DNA of 64,000 bases, from positions 124,001 to 188,000 of the forward strand of contig CAVNZM010000002.1 in assembly GCA_963693365.1 (NCBI GenBank), given 5' to 3'. The notes beneath the pieces are model-generated. The model searched no databases, had not been told where the DNA came from, and was given only the letters and a program-made list of their open reading frames with translations. Below are positions 54,807 to 64,000 of this stretch, piece by piece. This DNA is from Amoebidium appalachense. Taxonomy: Eukaryota > Protista > Ichthyosporea. The position numbers and the translations under genes were made by a program. Positions within the stretch are counted from its first letter, which is position 1. Each line of letters opens with the position of its first letter.

Positions 54807-56373
54807 TTGGCTAGATTAGACGAATGGTGCCCGGTATACGGTGCCCATATATGGTTAGCTGTTCTTTGAATGAATGATGATAATTGATGGCGGGTAGACA
54901 GTACCTGCCTGAGGTTTCCTCTTTTTGTGTTGGATGCCATTCTACTGAATGTGATCTTTTATGTGTGTTGACTATGTGCTTGCGATGGCTAGATACGAAC
55001 AAAAGGTGTCTTTTTATAGGTGCTCGATGGAAGCACATGTGGAGCAACCGTGCAACTGTGTAGATATACTTGCTCTAGTTACCAAATATGGAAGTAGAAA
55101 TGTGCAATAATGTGCACACCTCTTTTTTTAGAGGTGTCCTCCAGCTCTGTCGGGCAATGGATTGTTGGCTAAAATCGATGGCCTCCACTGATAGTCTGTT
55201 GCGCAAACCAGCATTGCGAAAAAAAATTGTATGGACCAATAATTCGCGCGCGATCGCACCCATTAGTCAAATAGAAATTTGGCCGGGAAGCTTTGGTGCG
55301 AAAAAGAAAGGTTTTATTAAACCAGAAAGAACTTACGATTTTTTTTATAAAATTAAAAAAAAAAAAAAAAAAAAAAAATAGGAATATTGCAATGCACTGA
55401 CGAACATGGTAGCCGCATGCGAGACATGTCCGGATCCCTGGCTGTCTTTGAACATCAGTGACCACGCTCACACGCATATATATGCATATGGATGCGACAT
55501 GCATTGGCCCTTCCCCCCGGCCACCGCCCAGTGTGCACTATAAAACATATATAGCTATGCAGTGCATTTGGCCCCATATATATATGCACCGTGGGCATGC
55601 CCAACACCACCATTCATTTGGCCAGTCAGTCTGCTGCTTGGACGTTTGGACTTTGGACCTTCTGCGAGGTATTGTTGACAATGCCGTATATGGTCATAGC
55701 AGATGACTTTTTGCCAATCATTGTAGTCCAATAATATTAACCAATCAGCAGCTCGCTAAGGAGGTTCACTTCAAGCCAATAAGAATCTTTGCTCAGTCAG
55801 CAATGTCATGTATGACCTTTATCAGCCAATAGTATTAGTGTAAAATAGACTAAATATGGTTAGTTTTTAGAATGAGTTCTAAACCAATGGTATTAGAGAT
55901 AGTAATAGCCATATATGGTAGATTCGTGTAGGTTCCCGATCACCTTAGATTTGGCTCTTCAGGTTATAGATATATTCGGGAGATATTCCATTTTAGGCCA
56001 GCCAAGGCCATTAACCCGCCATCAGTCTTCCGTTTCGATCAGTTTCCAAAGCCATTTCGTCAGCATTACATAAGCTTGGCCGACCCTTCTAGTCGTCTTG
56101 GCTGCCTTAGCACTATATATAGGGTTTAGGGTGCAATCCTTGTGCCGCGCTATAAATACTTGAGGGTATATAACAGCGCCGCCGCTCAGACAAGCTCAGA
56201 TTCTAGACAGGTCAGATCTGGGATAATAAATAGGTTAGATAAACCCAAACGTCTCTAAAATTGCGCATTCTTTGCGCCACGCACCTGCGCTTTCCTCCTT
56301 TCATTCCTTTCACCCAATCAGCTTCAAGGCGGTAAACCCCGTCACTATTGCAAAACGCATGACCATTGGACAC

Positions 56374-56757
56374 CAGGGGTTGAATTACGACCCAAAATCG
56401 TCGTATTTACAGGGGGTTAAAACGGGTAACGCTGTGAGGTGCTGTATTGGTTTTTCGTAGCAGTGAACTAGGGCACGATAGTGTATTGTGGTGTTTTTCA
56501 TACAAAATGGGTGTTTTCCCAGGCAAAAGGTGGTCAGGTCGTTATTTTGGCACTCCAGAGCGGAATATGAAGCCTTGTTTTGTCTCTTAGGGTGTGTAAT
56601 TGCTAAGGGAGTGTAGAATCGACTGAAATGGGTCATCAATTTTAATAACATAAGGGGTCTATACGAGTCGTAAATAAGATGAACCCCGTCAAGGCGATTT
56701 AGAAATTTTGACAATACGATTACGTGTAAGGTAAAACGGGTAGTGCAGCCAAAACTG
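56374..56757. mobile_element. 384-bp hAT-like non-autonomous element
   Basis: Perfect 8-bp TSD TTGGACAC at 56366-56373 and 56758-56765; termini CAGGGGTTG...CTG; subterminal motif TAAAACGGGTA near both ends. TIRs are degenerate. Confidence 0.7.
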
Positions 56758-56913
56758 TTGGACACGGTCCATCATGATGACTGGCACACCGCGCGAAGAT
56801 CAATACATGTAGTGACACTAACTCCTACGAGTATGTAAAGGAGTGCGTTAGTAGGCATAGGTCACAAAGCCAGTTTTCCCTTTCCTTTTTCTGTTATTTT
56901 CCCCCTTGCCACC

Positions 56914-58338
56914 ATGAGTCACGTTCAAGACCTCCGCAGCGAGCCTCTAGACAACCCCCACCTTGTGTCGTCTGCTGGTCTGGGCACAACATCAGACGCA
57001 GACCCCGACTATGCACATGGGCAGGTTGATATCAAGACGGCCAACCAGGACACGCTGCTGTGGTACTTTGCCTACGGCTCAAACATGGACCCCAACGTGC
57101 TGACCGGCAGGAGAGGGGTCGGTGGCCGTGTGGGTTGTACGTGTTAGTGTGGTTGTGCAGGCCAGTGGAACTAGGGTTACAGGTTTTGGTTGGTGTGGTG
57201 CACTTTGTGTCTTGAAAAATCAGCCAAAACAGCAAGTGGGGTTTGTAAAAGTGCTAAATGTATTCAGTCGCACCTGCGGATAAAGCGCAATGACTTTTTT
57301 GCACACTTAACATCCAACTCAGCTGAGGCAAAGTCTAAAAAAAGGCGGTTTTAGGGTCTTTTCATGCTTGAACCCTCTTGAAAGAAGTCGTGCAGTTACA
57401 ATTTAGAATCCAACAGGCATGGAAAGAAACGTGGCTCTGCGGTAGCATGGCTGACAGGGCGCTACGTACGGGCAGCTGCGCGTGCACAAGTTCTGTGATT
57501 GATCCCTTAATAGAACAGATGAACATGCACATAGAGATCCACGTGTCACTGCTATCTGTACTGCATAGAACGTTCTTATTTCCACACAAGTTCAGTCCTT
57601 CAACCACCAACCAAACCTATGCCTATGCAGGTCCAGCCCAAGCGTGTTATCCCCTGCGAGGCTCCCGGCTATCGCCTTCTCATGTCCGTGCCAGCACTGC
57701 CATGGGGGGAGCCAGGGTTTGCGTCAGTTGGCAAGCGAGAGGAAAACGACAAGGAGTATCCAACGCTGCACGGCACAGCGTGCCTAGTGACGGTGAAGGA
57801 TTACCTGCTCGTGCGCCGCACAGAGGGGGGTGGGGGACACGATGGCCTGGGCTACCAAGACCTGTGGCTGACGCTTAGAGACTACAAGGGCAGGACACTG
57901 AGGGCAGTGACCTTGTACTACCAGCCAGAGGGGTTCTTGGTGGTCAGTGCACCGTCCCAGCGCTACATGTCACTCATAGTGAGGGGCGCACGTGTGTTCG
58001 GCCTGCACCCCACATACCTCAGCTGGCTCGAGACACACGGGGTGTTCCGCCCTGCTGGGTTTGGCCAGAAGGCTATGCGGGCGGTAATGCTGCTTCTGCT
58101 GGTGCCCATCATGCTTCCAATCATGCTCACGAACCTAATATGGGCACGCACTACCGGCCGGCCAGGCCCAAGAATCATCCACATGGTTATGCCATTCATT
58201 CAGCGCCGAGTCAGATGGTTCCATGATAACATTGGTCAGAAACTGGTTGGCAGCGGCACAGAGCCCAATGCGGTGTTTGATGCAAGTTCGGTGCCCTCAG
58301 CAGAGGATTTGAGGCAGCAAGTGAAAAAGTATCTTTAA
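56914..58338 (+). CDS. Gamma-glutamylcyclotransferase-fold protein, GliK-like, with C-terminal hydrophobic segment (~303 aa, 2 exons)
   Basis: Exons 56914-57117 and 57631-58338 (GTCGGT...GCAG). WYFAYGSNM signature, LPWGEPGFASV, LHGTACLV, TEGGG (position of catalytic Glu), PSQRYMSLIVRGA...GLHPTYLSWL. Confidence 0.85.
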
Positions 58339-59180
58339 ACTGGTATGTGTCCATGGGGTGTGGTGCATACGTATGGCGGTGGGAGGGGAAGAGTGGGTGA
58401 GGGTGGAGGGTTATGGTAGGGAAGCAGAGGCGCAGTACTATAATAGTAGTGAGAATGCACGAGCCGCTGTCGGATTATGTTTCCGGTGATAGTATTATAC
58501 TACTGGCTAAGGTCACTAATGCCGTATACGTAGTGATTTGAATGCGTGCAACGAATGTCGACGTTAGAGCAGATAGCTGAAGTTCTAAGTAGGGTCTTGG
58601 ACCTGTGATAGCGCTTAGCAGTAACTCCGTGATCAGGGGGCTAAACTAAACAAGTGTGCAAAAACAGCCGGGAAGTTTTCTACTCCTGTGAGACGAACTG
58701 TTTGTATAGGTTCACTACAGGTTCACGTAAATAAACACCATCTCACAGCCCGAGGGTTAGCCCACCCAAAGTGTAAATCTTTTTTAATATCAGTTCCCTT
58801 GTTTTTACATCTTTTCCCGTGCTAAGTATTGTTGGTGGTGAGAACCTGAATGCAACGTGTGTACATAATTGTGTGCTCGAGAGAGAAAGAGAGACAGAAA
58901 CACACACCCAGAAAGTTAGAGAGAGTGAGTGAGTCGACTGTGTACACGTGTGGGTATGTTCGGGTGTATTCGTTGGTGGTGCCAGTCTATTTGTGTACCC
59001 GTTTTTGTTAGGGAGGCCGGATACGGTGTATAGTTGTGGTCGTGGTGGTGGTGGTGGGCAGGGGAGGGGGGGGAGTCGGCAGGGGGGATGACAGAGCCTC
59101 CAAGGCCAGCCTTGCAATAACCCCATCCTTCTTAACGGAGTCTACTCGGAAGTACCTTTAGTCTCTCTCTGGCTGCCTTC

Positions 59181-59214
<34 letters not shown>

Positions 59215-59597
59215 CCCCCTGCCCCCCTCCCCCGCGTGCTTCGGAGATCTGCAATAAGCCATTCAGTAAGTCTCAGATTCTTTAGAGGGGGTTGATGGGG
59301 GGAGAGGAGGAGGGGGGAGGGGGTTGGGCACGCGTGCACACGGAAAAGATATTCTCCCCCTTTCCCTTCTGAGTCTACCTTGAAGTTCCCAACTTCCCCT
59401 CCTGCAAAGTCGACTGGCTTCACCTCCCCCCTCGGCCTCCGGATCCCCCCCCCCGCCCACCCAACCACTCACCCACCCACTCCTTGGTGGGGAGCTCAGG
59501 GCGGGAACTTGTGCATGCAGGTGTCGCTTCAGGGTGGGTTGGTTTTTGGAGGCCCCTCGGGGAAGCGGGCGTGGTGGGGCGGATAAAGCGGGGGGAA

Positions 59598-59671
<74 letters not shown>

Positions 59672-60170
59672 ATACTTGCGTGTCACGCCAGGCTGCCAGG
59701 GCGTGACCTTACATACTGGGTCTAGGGGCATACATGTACCAGTAGAAGTGTGCTTGCGTATAAGTGTGACTGCATATTTGCAAAGGACTTCCTAGAAGTG
59801 CACCACTTAAGAAAGTGCTGTATATCATGGACGCTTTGGTCGACCTCGCGCGACTGCAGCTGCTGTACACACACAGTTTGCTAGCACAGAGCGAGGCAAA
59901 AGCGCGCCATTTAGCGCATTAAGTTTTGACACCCCGGGCCGCGAGCTGTCAGTACAGCAGATATGAGCGCAGCACAGCCAAGCGAACTCACATGGTGTAG
60001 CGTATGGGACAGAGTTTGAGGGTCCTAGCCACTACGTACGCTACAACTGAGAGGTGTGCAGGCACACACGCACACGCGCGCGCGCAAGATCGCTGTGTGC
60101 TAGCTCGCCTGTTGGCGACTGCCCCACACCACCCCACTAGACTCCCATCCACCCTCACTTCTACATCGCC

Positions 60171-63734
<3,564 letters not shown>

Positions 63735-64000
63735 GTGCGCATTTATTTTTTTGTTACTTTGTTTTTCTTACCATCAGTGGGTGCTTGATTCATCCCAGGC
63801 TATTATCACAGACTTTCAATGCTCACCTGGTCCTTACAGGTTTGCCGACGACCAATCTTTTTTTGTAATCTGGACTGCCTAATTGAAGGCGCTCCAATAA
63901 AAAACTTGCATTGGAGAGCGCGACAAACACGTTTGATTGAAGCGCTCTCACTGCATCCAATTTAAAAGCCCGGCAAATCGATTTCATTGACCAATGAACT

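Overview
Eukaryotic, intron-dense genomic DNA. Short (~50-250 nt) GC3-rich exons are separated by introns packed with (CA)n/(TG)n microsatellites and long poly(G)/poly(C) runs, so almost all supplied ORFs are repeat artefacts; genes were rebuilt by hand from splice sites. The fungal-like Trp enzymes together with JMJD5, ATG18 and ELM2 genes suggest a unicellular opisthokont (inference only). Genes: 3' end of an unknown gene, JMJD5/KDM8 (-), an unknown divergent gene (+), intronless ATG18/WIPI (-, one frameshift), an unknown basic protein (+), anthranilate synthase component I (TrpE, 12 exons), a TrpG-TrpD fusion (12 exons), a coiled-coil membrane protein, a GliK-like gamma-glutamylcyclotransferase and an ELM2-domain protein. 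The main signal is an operon-like trp locus. The upstream spliced ORF stops 1 nt before the trpE ATG. trpE appears linked to trpGD by an intron starting right after its stop codon plus an ATG-free linker. A candidate Trp-Trp leader ORF overlaps the trpE start. Other signals: an intronic SINE-like family ending at C-runs with a covarying pseudoknot, minisatellites made of duplicated splice signals, and an atypical splice-site code. Homopolymer-length errors are likely and limit frame-dependent claims.
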